A DNA stretch of 64,000 nucleotides from NCBI GenBank assembly GCA_016700315.1, contig CP065013.1, positions 853,298 to 917,297 of the forward strand, in the 5' to 3' direction. The notes beneath the pieces are model-generated. The model searched no databases and was not told the origin of the DNA. It was given only the letters and a program-made list of their open reading frames with translations. The stretch is from Candidatus Saccharimonadota bacterium (GTDB taxonomy: Bacteria > Patescibacteriota > Saccharimonadia > Saccharimonadales > SZUA-47). Both the position numbers and the translations under genes were made by a program. Of the stretch, positions 1 through 10,077 are shown in pieces; position 1 is the stretch's first letter; the number at the start of each line of letters is the position of its first letter.

Positions 1-1
1 T

Positions 2-2470
2 AAAACGCTGCTTTGGGAAGATTATGATGCTGTAAAACGCAACCCAGTTGAGCGAGAGCAAATCGCACAAGTCATGCGCGATGCAACTATAGCGGCAGAA
101 GACAGAGACTTCTATAACCATAATGGCTTTAATGTCAAAGGAATTGTTAGGGCCACACTTAACAATGCTAGAGGCGGTAGCACACAGGGTGGTTCGACTA
201 TCACCCAGCAAGTCGTTAAGCTAAATAACCCAGATTTTATAAATCAACGTACAATTTCAAGAAAGATAAAAGAGCTAATCTTATCTGTAGAGCTAGAACG
301 TAGTTATTCAAAAGAAGAAATCCTCAACGGCTATCTAAACTCTGCTCCATATGGCGGTTTAGAATACGGTGTGCAGGTAGCGTCTAAAACCTACTTCCAA
401 AAAGATGCCAAAGATTTAACTCTGGAAGAAGCTGCATTCTTGGCCTCTATCCCTAAGTCGATCCGCTATCTCTCGCCATATTCTGGTGACTTCGAAAAAG
501 AGACACTCCAAGGGCGCATAGGTTATGTACTCGACGGAATGGCCGATATGGGAAGAATAACCCGCGAGCAAGCTGAGGCGGCTAAAAAGGTAGACGTAAT
601 TGCAACTATCAAACAACGTCAACCCAACAAGTATCAAGGCGTCACAGCACCATATTTTGTGCTAGCCGCCAAACGACAGCTCGAAAGTATTATTGGAGAG
701 CAGGGTTACAAAACCGGTGGTTTCGAGGTCACTACAACTCTAGATATGGAAAAGCAGAAAATAGCTGAAGAAGAAGTCCAGAAAGGTATGCCCAGAATTT
801 TCGCCAACGGTTTTGATAAAGCAGCATTTGCGGCTGAAGACGTAACTACAGGACAGGTTGTGGCGCTTGTGGGCGGTTCTGATTTCTTCGATCAGGCAAG
901 GTCTGGCGAAATAAACTATGCCCAAACGCCGCTGCCACCCGGTTCTAGCTTTAAGCCGTATGATTACCTTGCGCTTATCGAGAAGAACGAAAATTTTGGT
1001 GCCGGTACAGTTTTATATGATACCCAAGGCCCGCTAGAAGGCTATCCTTGTACCAGTAAAGCCCGTCCGACGGCTGGTGGTAACTGTCTTTGGGACTACG
1101 ATTTCAGATACCCTGGGCCTATGACTCTTAGGTACGCATTAGGTGGCTCGCGTAATGTGCCAGCCATCAAAGCGATTTTAACAACTGGAGTTAAAGAGAC
1201 AATTGGCGTAGCTGACTCGTTGGGCTTAAAAGGCGAGGCTGCATCGAACGAAATGGGTGATGGTGGCGGGAATGATGGTTATCGATGTTTTGAGGATGAT
1301 GCCAAAACCATAGTTCGAGACTGCTATGCTTCGGCTGGTATCGGAGACGGTGCATACTTGAGCTTGGACAGGCATGTTCATGCATATGCTACAATTTCAC
1401 GAAACGGTAATAAGATTCCCCAAACCTATATCTTGAAAGTAACAGATGGCAGTGGTCGTCTAGTCAAAGAGTGGAAACCCAGTAATGGAGAACAAGTGGT
1501 TCGACCAGATTCAGCTTACATCGTAGCTGATATGATGGCCGACCCTAGAGCGAGTTATTTTAGTAATAAACCACACCGCTACAAAGGCTGGGAGTTTTCA
1601 CTTAAGACTGGTACGACAAATGATAGCAAAGACGGTTGGTTGATGGGCTTTTCGACTAAATATTCAGCTGGCGTATGGGTTGGGCATCATACAGGAAGAG
1701 TGGCTACCAGACAGTTTATGGAGGTTATGACTCAGCCAATTTGGCAAGGTTGGATGAACCGCGCGCATGATGGACTAACGCCAGTCAAGAGAGAGAAGCC
1801 AGCAGGGGTTCAGACACTACCAGCATATGTTGTTCGTACGCATGTGGGCCTCGGATCACAAGAGCCTAGCTCGGCCACCGACCTATATCCGTCTTGGTAC
1901 AAAAAGCCTAACGTAAAAACCGAGACCAAGACTATCGACACTGTATCCAATAAACTTGCCACCGATTGTACACCAGAACTCGCCAAAAAGACATTAAACG
2001 ATTCAGCAATCGCCAGTTTCTCTGGGGATAAGTTTGTTGGGGGCGGTACTGTCACAAACGAAGAAAAAGACGATGTACATAAATGTGACGATGTAAAACC
2101 AACGATCACCGTCTCTGTGGCGGCTAAACCCGGTAGCCCAGGTGTTTATATCATAAGTGCTGTCTATGCTAGTGGAACGCACCCGCTTTCTTCTGATGCG
2201 AGAAAGGGTACTGTAAGAATAAAAGTTGCAGGCGCCGACATTCCAAACGGTAGCTTCGAAGTTGCAGCTTCAGGTAGTGTTACTGCTGAATTCACGGCTC
2301 TTAGCGGCGGCTCAAAAGATGTTTTCGCAGAAGTGGTTGACAGTGTCCTGTACTCTGCTAGCGATACCAAGAGCTTTACATTCTCGGTTGCTAGCGTTCC
2401 TTCGAACCAAAACAATACAGTTTCTTCAATAAGCCGCGGTTGGCGCTTGGTTGCGGCTACTGGCTTCTAA
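2..2470 (+). CDS. Class A penicillin-binding protein (PBP1A-type transglycosylase/transpeptidase), 5' end truncated by window edge
   Basis: ORF 74..2470. The same frame stays open back to position 2. GT51 motifs EDRDFYNHNG and GGSTITQQ. Transpeptidase motifs SSFKP and KTGTTND. Confidence 0.9.
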   Translation, partial: KTLLWEDYDAVKRNPVEREQIAQVMRDATIAAEDRDFYNHNGFNVKGIVRATLNNARGGSTQGGSTITQQVVKLNNPDFINQRTISRKIKELILSVELERSYSKEEILNGYLNSAPYGGLEYGVQVASKTYFQKDAKDLTLEEAAFLASIPKSIRYLSPYSGDFEKETLQGRIGYVLDGMADMGRITREQAEAAKKVDVIATIKQRQPNKYQGVTAPYFVLAAKRQLESIIGEQGYKTGGFEVTTTLDMEKQKIAEEEVQKGMPRIFANGFDKAAFAAEDVTTGQVVALVGGSDFFDQARSGEINYAQTPLPPGSSFKPYDYLALIEKNENFGAGTVLYDTQGPLEGYPCTSKARPTAGGNCLWDYDFRYPGPMTLRYALGGSRNVPAIKAILTTGVKETIGVADSLGLKGEAASNEMGDGGGNDGYRCFEDDAKTIVRDCYASAGIGDGAYLSLDRHVHAYATISRNGNKIPQTYILKVTDGSGRLVKEWKPSNGEQVVRPDSAYIVADMMADPRASYFSNKPHRYKGWEFSLKTGTTNDSKDGWLMGFSTKYSAGVWVGHHTGRVATRQFMEVMTQPIWQGWMNRAHDGLTPVKREKPAGVQTLPAYVVRTHVGLGSQEPSSATDLYPSWYKKPNVKTETKTIDTVSNKLATDCTPELAKKTLNDSAIASFSGDKFVGGGTVTNEEKDDVHKCDDVKPTITVSVAAKPGSPGVYIISAVYASGTHPLSSDARKGTVRIKVAGADIPNGSFEVAASGSVTAEFTALSGGSKDVFAEVVDSVLYSASDTKSFTFSVASVPSNQNNTVSSISRGWRLVAATGF

Positions 2471-3817
2471 TTACTTCAAATAAGTGTTAAGCGCGGTCTT
2501 GATATCGCCGACTGTTTCAAGCTTGGTTGGGCTTTTGCCTTTACCTAGTACTTTTGGTCCTATGGCAACTTCGAAGCCGATCTTTGTGGCTTCATCGACG
2601 CGTTTATCTACAAATGGCACGTGTCTGACTTCGCCAGAAAGTCCGACCTCACCGAAGACAACAGCATTTTTGGATAGCTTGAGACCCTTCGCTGCTGAGC
2701 CGATTGCCATGCAAACTGCAAGATCACTAGCTGGCTCGCTTAGTTTTATGCCGCCAACAACATTCAAAAAAATATCTTTGTCAGAAAGCTGGAGCTTTGT
2801 TCGCTTTTCGAGCATAGCGACCAGTAGATTTAGTCGATTGACATCAAAGCCGCTGGCTGTACGCTTAGGGTAGCCAAAACTGCTACGATTCACTAATGCC
2901 TGGATTTCGACTAATAGCGCGCGGCTACCTTCGATAGTTGCCATTACGACTGAACCGTCGCTACTTACCCGTTCGGCTAAAAGAGCGGCAGAAGGGTTAG
3001 CGACCGGCGAAAGGCCAGATTCAGCCATCTCAAAAATTCCCACCTCATGCGTCGCGCCGTATCTATTTTTCTGAGCGCGTAACAGCTTGAATCCTCCGAA
3101 TTTGTCGCCTTCGAGATTGAGTACTACATCTACGCTGTGTTCAAGTAGTTTAGGGCCGGCAATCGAGCCTTCCTTGGTCACATGCCCAACAATTATCAGT
3201 ATGGTTGCGCTTCTTTTGGCAGCTTGAGTGAGCAGCTGCGAGCTATGCGTTATTTGACTCATCGTTCCGGCAGCAGAACTGATTTCTGCGCATGCAACAG
3301 TTTGAATAGAATCGACGATAACCAATCCATAATTTTTGCTGGCGATGGCGGCCGCTATATCGTTGGCTGAGCTGCTAGCAGCAAGCTCTATTTCATCATG
3401 ATTGGCCTTTAGCCTGCGAGCGCGGTCTGCAACCTGGCCGACAGATTCTTCGCCGCTAACGTAAAGCACCTTGGCTGAATCTGCTATCGCTTTGGCGATC
3501 TGCATCAGTAGCGTGCTCTTGCCAACGCCGGGTTCTCCAGCGAGAAGTAGCACGCTAGCGGGTACAAAACCTCCACCTAAAACTGTATCTATCTCGCCTA
3601 CGCCAGTTTTTAGTCGTTTCTCATCATCACGGAATCCCTTAACTAGTTTCTCGGCTTTTAGCGGGACACCATGTGCCGCTTTTGTGCCTGGACTGGCAGC
3701 TATGGAGACTTGTTCTTCTAGTGTGTTCCATTCGCCGCACGAACTACACTTGCCGCTCCAACTACCGTAGACAGCCCCACAATTTGCACACAAAAAACTA
3801 GTTTTACTCTTGGCCAT
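2471..3817 (-). CDS. radA: DNA repair protein RadA/Sms
   Basis: N-terminal zinc ribbon CANCG...CSSCGEWNT, Walker A GEPGVGKST, KNRYG motif, Lon-like C-terminal region. Its stop codon abuts the PBP stop codon. Confidence 0.95.
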   Translation of the reverse strand: MAKSKTSFLCANCGAVYGSWSGKCSSCGEWNTLEEQVSIAASPGTKAAHGVPLKAEKLVKGFRDDEKRLKTGVGEIDTVLGGGFVPASVLLLAGEPGVGKSTLLMQIAKAIADSAKVLYVSGEESVGQVADRARRLKANHDEIELAASSSANDIAAAIASKNYGLVIVDSIQTVACAEISSAAGTMSQITHSSQLLTQAAKRSATILIIVGHVTKEGSIAGPKLLEHSVDVVLNLEGDKFGGFKLLRAQKNRYGATHEVGIFEMAESGLSPVANPSAALLAERVSSDGSVVMATIEGSRALLVEIQALVNRSSFGYPKRTASGFDVNRLNLLVAMLEKRTKLQLSDKDIFLNVVGGIKLSEPASDLAVCMAIGSAAKGLKLSKNAVVFGEVGLSGEVRHVPFVDKRVDEATKIGFEVAIGPKVLGKGKSPTKLETVGDIKTALNTYLK

Positions 3818-3885
3818 TTGCAGTTAGTATGGTTTAGGTGGTGGGTAGGAGTCAAGAGGAACGAGGGGGCTAGCAGTTAGCATAT

Positions 3886-4116
3886 AGCGTATAAGGGTTA
3901 GGGGGAGTTTATGGTTGATAGTTTATGGTTTATAGAAAATTACTGGCTACTGTTTACTGATGACTGTTTACTGAGAGAAACTCATACTTTATACATGATA
4001 CTTAATACTTGATACTATCATCGTTTAAAGTTTAGGATTTAGAATATCATGCTTGATGCTTACTACTAACTACTTGCTACTAAACCTTAACCACTAAACC
4101 CTGAACCCTTTACGCT
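3886..4116. repeat. Imperfect long inverted repeat inside the radA/tyrS divergent spacer, built from short reiterated words
   Basis: Left arm 3886-3928 (AGCGTATAAGGGTTAGGGGGAGTTTATGGTT...) is about 70-75% identical by eye to the reverse complement of right arm 4077-4116. Local duplicated words TAGTTTATGGTT x2 and CTGTTTACTGA x2. Confidence 0.7.
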
Positions 4117-4165
4117 AATCCCCCAATCCCTTTACCCCAATCGCTTAACGTTGTAAGATGTAAGC

Positions 4166-5413
4166 ATGACATTATCAGAGGAGCTACTGTGGCGAGGATT
4201 CGTCCAGCAAACAACGTACCAAGACCTAAAAGCAATCGACAAGACGAAGCCAGCTTTTTATCACGGCTTTGATGCCAGTGCTGATTCACAGACTGTCGGC
4301 AATCTTGCGGCGATGATGTTCGACAAAGTTCTCATGCGGCACGGTTGTAAGGCGGTGATTTTGGCGGGCGGTGCGACTAGTTTGATTGGCGACCCCGGCG
4401 GCAAAGACAAAGAGAGAGTTCTTCAGGATGAAAAAACAATTGCTCACAACGTCGCTCAGGCACAGATTCAGTTAAGCAAAATTTTTGATGGCCTGGAGTT
4501 TGAGATGGTTAATAATCTTGACTGGACTAGGGATATGACTGTTCTGAGTTTCCTGCGCGATATCGGTAAGCATTACTCGATGACGCCGCTGATACAACGA
4601 GACTACATTGCGCAGCGTATCGGTGAAGGCGGAGCTGGTATTAGCTACACTGAGTTTAGCTATACACTTCTGCAAGGAATGGACTTTCTTCATTTATACG
4701 ACAAGTATGGAGTAACACTGCAGCTTGGTGGTTCAGATCAGTGGGGCAACTGCCTCTCTGGTGTTGATCTAATACGTAAAGCTCGTGGCGTTGAGGTCCA
4801 TACAATAACACTACCTCTAGTCATAAACAGAGCTACAGGTAAAAAGTTTGGTAAGAGTGAAGAAGGGGCAGTGTGGTTAGATCCAACCAAGACTAGTCCG
4901 TTTAAGTTTTACCAGTTCTGGATAAACCTAGATGACGACGGTGTGGAGGGCTATCTCAAGGTCTACACAGAGCTAGACAAAGAATCAATAGACGAAATAA
5001 TGGAATCTCATAATCAGTCAAAGGGCAATCGTTTGGCACAGAAGCATCTTGCTTATCAAGTTTCAAAAATATTGCATGGTGAAAAAACGGCTGACTCTAT
5101 GCAGAGGATAAGCGAAACTCTCTTTGGCGGCCAAAACTATTCAGAGCTTAGCTCGGAGGATATGGAAGTGTTAGCAGGTGAGTTACCGGTTGTCGAATCG
5201 GGGTACGACAAAACACTGAGTGATATCTTGATCGAAGGTGATTTGGCGGCCAGCAAGAGCGAAGCACGAAGATTTTTGGCCTCTAATGCCGTTTATATTA
5301 ACGGCGAACAGTTTTCTAGCGAGAAGCAAACGCTTGACGGCTCAGATAACATTCACGGCTATGCGGTTCTCCGACGTGGTAAAAACAACACAATTTTAGT
5401 AAAGCTAAACTAA
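4166..5413 (+). CDS. tyrS: Tyrosyl-tRNA synthetase
   Basis: Class I aaRS. KFGKS (KMSKS-type) motif, GGSDQWGN, C-terminal S4-like domain. Confidence 0.93.
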   Translation: MTLSEELLWRGFVQQTTYQDLKAIDKTKPAFYHGFDASADSQTVGNLAAMMFDKVLMRHGCKAVILAGGATSLIGDPGGKDKERVLQDEKTIAHNVAQAQIQLSKIFDGLEFEMVNNLDWTRDMTVLSFLRDIGKHYSMTPLIQRDYIAQRIGEGGAGISYTEFSYTLLQGMDFLHLYDKYGVTLQLGGSDQWGNCLSGVDLIRKARGVEVHTITLPLVINRATGKKFGKSEEGAVWLDPTKTSPFKFYQFWINLDDDGVEGYLKVYTELDKESIDEIMESHNQSKGNRLAQKHLAYQVSKILHGEKTADSMQRISETLFGGQNYSELSSEDMEVLAGELPVVESGYDKTLSDILIEGDLAASKSEARRFLASNAVYINGEQFSSEKQTLDGSDNIHGYAVLRRGKNNTILVKLN

Positions 5414-5421
5414 AGGAAGCC

Positions 5422-6186
5422 ATGAACAAAAAAACCTCTGTTAAAGGTGCCGATCAATACAATGACCCGTCTCACAACTATTTAAGATACTGGGACGGTC
5501 GTGACTACGAACAGGCAGCCGAGGAAATCGCACTACATCGTTTACTAAAGGGGAAGAAATTTAACAAGGCTATAGATGTAGGCGGCGGCTATGGCCGTAT
5601 GAGCGTAGTGCTGCGGAACTATGCCGACAAAGTGTTTTTGTGTGAGCCGTCCAAGCAGCAGCTAAACATAGCCAAAGATTTTCTCAAAAACAAACCAAAA
5701 GTAGACATGGTTTTAACAAAAGGCCAAGTGCTGCCATTTGACGACGGCGAGATTGATTTAGCAATGGTTATTCGTGTAATTCACCACATTCCAGATCCTG
5801 CAGAATTCTTCGCTGAAATCGCACGAGTCACAAAAGACGGTGGCTACTTCCTGATTGAGTTTGCCAACTACTCAAACTTCAAAAATCGCCTTAAATACGC
5901 TGCAAAATTCAAGAAGTTACCCGTCGAACCAGTAGACATCAGAACCGACAAGACCAGCAATATCCCATTCGTCAACTATAACCCAAAAACGGTTAAAAAA
6001 CTGCTTGCTCATGCAGGATTTAAGCTCGAAAAAGTCTTGAGTGTCAGCAATCTGCGCTCTCCGGTATTAAAAAAGTTTCTTCCGAAAAAAGTTTTGTTGG
6101 GGCTTGAAAAATCACTACAACAGCCACTCGCCAAAAGCTATTTTGGACCAAGCACGGTTTACCTACTTCGTAAGCGCTCAAAGTAA
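5422..6186 (+). CDS. Class I SAM-dependent methyltransferase
   Basis: Motif I IDVGGGYGRMS and a typical Rossmann-fold MTase layout. SD AAGGAAG upstream. Confidence 0.75.
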   Translation: MNKKTSVKGADQYNDPSHNYLRYWDGRDYEQAAEEIALHRLLKGKKFNKAIDVGGGYGRMSVVLRNYADKVFLCEPSKQQLNIAKDFLKNKPKVDMVLTKGQVLPFDDGEIDLAMVIRVIHHIPDPAEFFAEIARVTKDGGYFLIEFANYSNFKNRLKYAAKFKKLPVEPVDIRTDKTSNIPFVNYNPKTVKKLLAHAGFKLEKVLSVSNLRSPVLKKFLPKKVLLGLEKSLQQPLAKSYFGPSTVYLLRKRSK

Positions 6187-6235
6187 TCGGCCTATATATT
6201 TCGAAAGTCGACTTTTTTAAAGTAGTATTGTAGTT

Positions 6236-8260
6236 ATGGATCAGGAGTTAGCTAATCTTACTGGTATTGGCCAAAAAACAGCCGAAAGCCTCAAAAAAGC
6301 CGGATTGTCTACTGTTAGAGATCTACTATGGTATCTGCCGCGTGATTATCGTGATGAAAGTAGGTTTACAGCGCTGAAAAGTGCGCAGCTCGGACACATA
6401 ACAGCCAGAGTGCGCTTTAGTTCTATAAAAGCTCGTTACGCCCGAAAAGGCATGCACGTTACAGAGGCAATCGCTAGTGACAGTACAGGCAGTTTAAAGG
6501 TTATCTGGTTCAAGCAGCCCTACCGAGTCAAGCAGCTAGAATCTTCTAACGAATGGTTCATAAGCGGAGAGCTAAAGTTTCAAAGAGGAAGGGTCAACAT
6601 TGTTAGTCCGATGATCGAGCCAGCCGACGACGAGCCACTGCACACCGGGCGAATTGTGCCGATTTACCGAGAGTCCGCCGGTTTAAGCTCCAAGCAGATA
6701 AGAAAGTTCGTTAAATCAGCGCTAGCGGCTACTGAAGTAGCCGAAACGCTGCCAGGCTGGCTTATCGAAAAGTACAATTTTGTAAAGTTTTCTACAGCCA
6801 TGGCTGATATTCACTTTCCAGTTTCACAATCAGCACTTGAGCTGGCTATAAGACGGCTTAAGTTCGAAGAGTTGTTTAGGTTAGTGCTAGCAAGCCAGTT
6901 GTCTCGCCGGCAGCTGTTGGAGGTTAAAGCCAAACCAGTACCATTCAGGCTGGAATTAGCAAAAAAATTTGTTTCACAACTTCCCTACAAATTAACCAAT
7001 GCTCAGCGTAAAGTTACCTGGCAAGTATATAAGGATATTGAAAAATCAGAGCCGTCCAATCGGTTAATTGAAGGTGATGTTGGAGCGGGCAAAACAGTTG
7101 TAGCGGCGATGGTGGCGGTAATGGTGATGGAATCTGGCGGTCAAGTAGCGTTCATGGCCCCAACTGAAATTTTGGCCCGTCAACACGCCGAAACGTTACG
7201 CAAGATTTTGAGCTCAGTTGGGCTTGATGACAGGGTAAGTCTGCTGGTCGGTTCTTTAAGCCCCAAAGCCAAGAAACTAGCGCAAGAGGCTATAAAAAAT
7301 GGAAAAGTTAGCCTAATTGTCGGTACGCACGCACTCATCGAGGATGCCGTGGAGATTCCGAAACTGCAGCTTGTTATAGTAGACGAGCAGCATCGTTTTG
7401 GTGTGCAGCAGCGTAAAAAACTTCAAAACAAAGCCCAGCTAACGCCACATGCTATCTATCTGACTGCCACCCCTATTCCTAGAAGTTTGGCTCTAACACT
7501 CTATGGAGAACTCGATGTTTCCGTCCTAGACGAGAAACCTTTGGGGCGAAAAAATGTTCTAACTTCTATTGTCTCACCGGCAGTATTGAATGAGGTACTT
7601 CGAACTATTGAACGAGAACTAGAGCTCGGCAGGCAGGTTTTTGTGGTTTGTCCACTAATTTCGAATGAAAAAAATAAAAATGATCTACTGGCTGCCGAAA
7701 ACATGCATGAATATTTGCGGCAAAAATTAACACACACCAAGGTCGGTCTAGTTCATGGTAAACAAAAACAAGCAGAAAAAGAATCAATAATGGCAGCTGT
7801 TGTCTCGGGAACGGTCGATGTATTGGTAGCTACTACCGTTATCGAGGTTGGAGTCGATGTTCCTAACGCCAGTCTAATGGTAGTCATGGGTGCCGACAAG
7901 TTCGGGTTGGCGCAGCTTCATCAGTTGCGTGGGCGTGTTGGCCGAGCCGAGCATCAATCGTTCTGCATACTAGTTCCTAGCGATAGCGAGCAGACTCCAA
8001 GCCGTCTTCAGACAATGACTACAGTCTACGATGGTTTTAAGCTTGCTGAATTTGATCTAAAGTCACGAGGCCCTGGCGCAATTTATGGCACACTCCAACA
8101 TGGCGCGTTAGACCTCCGGATAGCCCAGCTTACCGACACTAAGCTTATTATCCTGGCACGCCAAGCTGCTGTCGACTTTATTGCAAGAGAAAAAATCTCA
8201 GAGTGGCCGCAGCTAGGTAATTCAACTAATGAGCTAAGGAAAATCGTAAAACTAAACTAG
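6236..8260 (+). CDS. recG: ATP-dependent DNA helicase RecG
   Basis: Wedge-domain N-terminus, Walker A GDVGAGKT, DEQHRFG, helicase C motifs QLHQLRGRVGR. Confidence 0.93.
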   Translation: MDQELANLTGIGQKTAESLKKAGLSTVRDLLWYLPRDYRDESRFTALKSAQLGHITARVRFSSIKARYARKGMHVTEAIASDSTGSLKVIWFKQPYRVKQLESSNEWFISGELKFQRGRVNIVSPMIEPADDEPLHTGRIVPIYRESAGLSSKQIRKFVKSALAATEVAETLPGWLIEKYNFVKFSTAMADIHFPVSQSALELAIRRLKFEELFRLVLASQLSRRQLLEVKAKPVPFRLELAKKFVSQLPYKLTNAQRKVTWQVYKDIEKSEPSNRLIEGDVGAGKTVVAAMVAVMVMESGGQVAFMAPTEILARQHAETLRKILSSVGLDDRVSLLVGSLSPKAKKLAQEAIKNGKVSLIVGTHALIEDAVEIPKLQLVIVDEQHRFGVQQRKKLQNKAQLTPHAIYLTATPIPRSLALTLYGELDVSVLDEKPLGRKNVLTSIVSPAVLNEVLRTIERELELGRQVFVVCPLISNEKNKNDLLAAENMHEYLRQKLTHTKVGLVHGKQKQAEKESIMAAVVSGTVDVLVATTVIEVGVDVPNASLMVVMGADKFGLAQLHQLRGRVGRAEHQSFCILVPSDSEQTPSRLQTMTTVYDGFKLAEFDLKSRGPGAIYGTLQHGALDLRIAQLTDTKLIILARQAAVDFIAREKISEWPQLGNSTNELRKIVKLN

Positions 8261-8362
8261 TAAGTACTAACGATCGTGCTGTATTATATGCTTGCTACAT
8301 AAGGTATTACAGAAAACTCACTCGAGAGAAATCTCTAAAACTAACTGCAAAAGACAGTAAAT

Positions 8363-9184
8363 ATGTATTCGGGGACAACTTTAACTAATTTTTCGGGAGC
8401 TGTACTGGGAGCGCATCAAAAGATTGACCGTACAGCGTTTTCGCATTTGGAAAAAAATACAAACGGTGCCAAAGGCTTTCCAACTATTCGTGATATTTTG
8501 CATTTTGAGGGTAAAAATGGCCCAGACGGCATAAAACGCAAAAGTCCTGCACAAGATGAGCAGTGGCATTATTTTAACCCCTTCGACAACGAAGACACAC
8601 GCCTACTTGAGTATTTTAGGATGCATTATGACGAACTAGTGGCTAATCTCCGTAAGGGCACGCCAACCCGCGCAGCCTATGACGCAGCCTGGCTAGCTCA
8701 CGCTATAGTCGACGGGCTCACTCCGGCACATCACTTCCCATACGAAGAAAAATTGATCGAAATTCGAGGGGAGAGCATCGACACCAGAACCAGTATCAAA
8801 GATAAGTTGTTGATGCCGGGTGAAACAGTGCTGGATTCACTAAAAAACAACTGGAAGATGTGGGGCCCGGACGGATTGATGAGTATGCACGGATTATTTG
8901 AGATAGGGATTGCTGTCATGATATCGCCCTTAAAATTCAAAAAAGCTATTCCTACAGAAGCAAATATGAAAAAAGTTAATGAAATCGGAATAGAAGAATG
9001 GTTCGCCAGAAGTGCTAGACAAATTGCGATGCTAGACATGTACGATAGATTTTGTTCTCGCGGCTGGACGCTCAAGTTGGCGCGAGAAGTGCGTAACGAG
9101 CTTGCGCCGACCATTATCAAAACAGTTACATTGGCATGGTATTCGGCCATGAGAGACGCTGGGCTTCTGAGAACTAAGAAGTAA
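8363..9184 (+). CDS. Hypothetical protein (273 aa)
   Basis: Long ORF with no family I can name confidently. The His-rich segment AHAIVDGLTPAHH hints at a metal-dependent hydrolase. Confidence 0.6.
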   Translation: MYSGTTLTNFSGAVLGAHQKIDRTAFSHLEKNTNGAKGFPTIRDILHFEGKNGPDGIKRKSPAQDEQWHYFNPFDNEDTRLLEYFRMHYDELVANLRKGTPTRAAYDAAWLAHAIVDGLTPAHHFPYEEKLIEIRGESIDTRTSIKDKLLMPGETVLDSLKNNWKMWGPDGLMSMHGLFEIGIAVMISPLKFKKAIPTEANMKKVNEIGIEEWFARSARQIAMLDMYDRFCSRGWTLKLAREVRNELAPTIIKTVTLAWYSAMRDAGLLRTKK

Positions 9185-9198
9185 AATTTTGTATTTAG

Positions 9199-9264
9199 TA
9201 TTTTGTATCAGGTATCATGTATAAAAATACCCCATACCTGATTCATGATACTTGATACAAAATA
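9199..9264. repeat. Nested inverted repeat / hairpin between the hypothetical gene and rsmD
   Basis: 21-nt arms at 9199-9219 and 9244-9264 are complementary with 1 mismatch. Inner pair CAGGTAT 9209-9215 / ATACCTG 9234-9240. Confidence 0.8.
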
Positions 9265-9286
9265 CTTGATACATAATACTAATGAC

Positions 9287-9823
9287 ATGAGAGTTATTGC
9301 TGGTTATCTGAAGGGCAGGATTTTACACGAGCCGCACGGCCATCGTACTCACCCAATGAGTGAAAAGATTCGAGGGGCAATTTTTAACGCGCTTGGTGAT
9401 ATTGAGGGCTTGAGCTTACTGGATGCCTTTGCAGGTAGCGGAGCAGTTAGCGCCGAGGCAGTGAGCCGAGGTGCTAAGTTCGTACAAGCTGTCGACCAAG
9501 ACAAAGAAGCTGTAAGGTGTATACGTAAAAATATTGATGAGCTCAAATTGTCATCTGTTATTAAGTTATCCCAGGCCAATATTAGTTCTTGGCTAGATAC
9601 AAATCTCGATGCCACTTTTGATGTTGTTATTCTTGACCCACCCTATGATGATGTGCGCCCAGAGTTGTTGGAAAAAATTGCCAACTCCGTAAAGATATCA
9701 GGTATTGTAGTGCTTTCTTTGCCGTCTGACACTAACTTCGAACTATCACCTACTACCTACCACCTACTGTCTACTAAGCTTTATGGCGACGCAAGGCTGG
9801 ATTTTTACCGACGTGTAGGGTAG
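9287..9823 (+). CDS. rsmD: 16S rRNA (guanine966-N2)-methyltransferase RsmD
   Basis: MRVIAGYLKGR N-terminus, DAFAGSGAVSAEAVSRGA, DPPY. The ORF-track start at 9245 lies inside the hairpin spacer, so the ATG at 9287 is preferred. Confidence 0.85.
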   Translation: MRVIAGYLKGRILHEPHGHRTHPMSEKIRGAIFNALGDIEGLSLLDAFAGSGAVSAEAVSRGAKFVQAVDQDKEAVRCIRKNIDELKLSSVIKLSQANISSWLDTNLDATFDVVILDPPYDDVRPELLEKIANSVKISGIVVLSLPSDTNFELSPTTYHLLSTKLYGDARLDFYRRVG

Positions 9824-9848
9824 AATGTATCTTATTCCCGTATCTCAT

Positions 9849-9933
9849 GCGCGAGTGGTGGAATTGGTAGACACGCTAGCCTTAGGAGCTAGTGTCGCAA
9901 GACGTGAAGGTTCAAGTCCTTTCTCGCGCACCA
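9849..9933 (+). tRNA. tRNA-Leu (anticodon UAG), CCA encoded
   Basis: Acceptor GCGCGAG/CTCGCGC, anticodon stem CTAGC/GCTAG with loop CTTAGGA, long variable arm, T-loop GGTTCAAGTCC. Confidence 0.9.
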
Positions 9934-9942
9934 TCCTCTGTC

Positions 9943-9961
9943 GTTTGGCTTTTTGCCAAAC
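9943..9961 (+). terminator. Possible hairpin terminator after tRNA-Leu
   Basis: GTTTGGC-TTTTT-GCCAAAC, with no clear trailing T-run. Confidence 0.35.
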
Positions 9962-10077
9962 TATGGAGGACTTTTTGTTGAGAGTTAGTCCTTAAACTGT
10001 AGAAATATGGGATCCGCTTGTCAAAGGGTAAGAACCGTGTCATTATTTTTTTATAGACATATTCGTACAGTCGGCAC

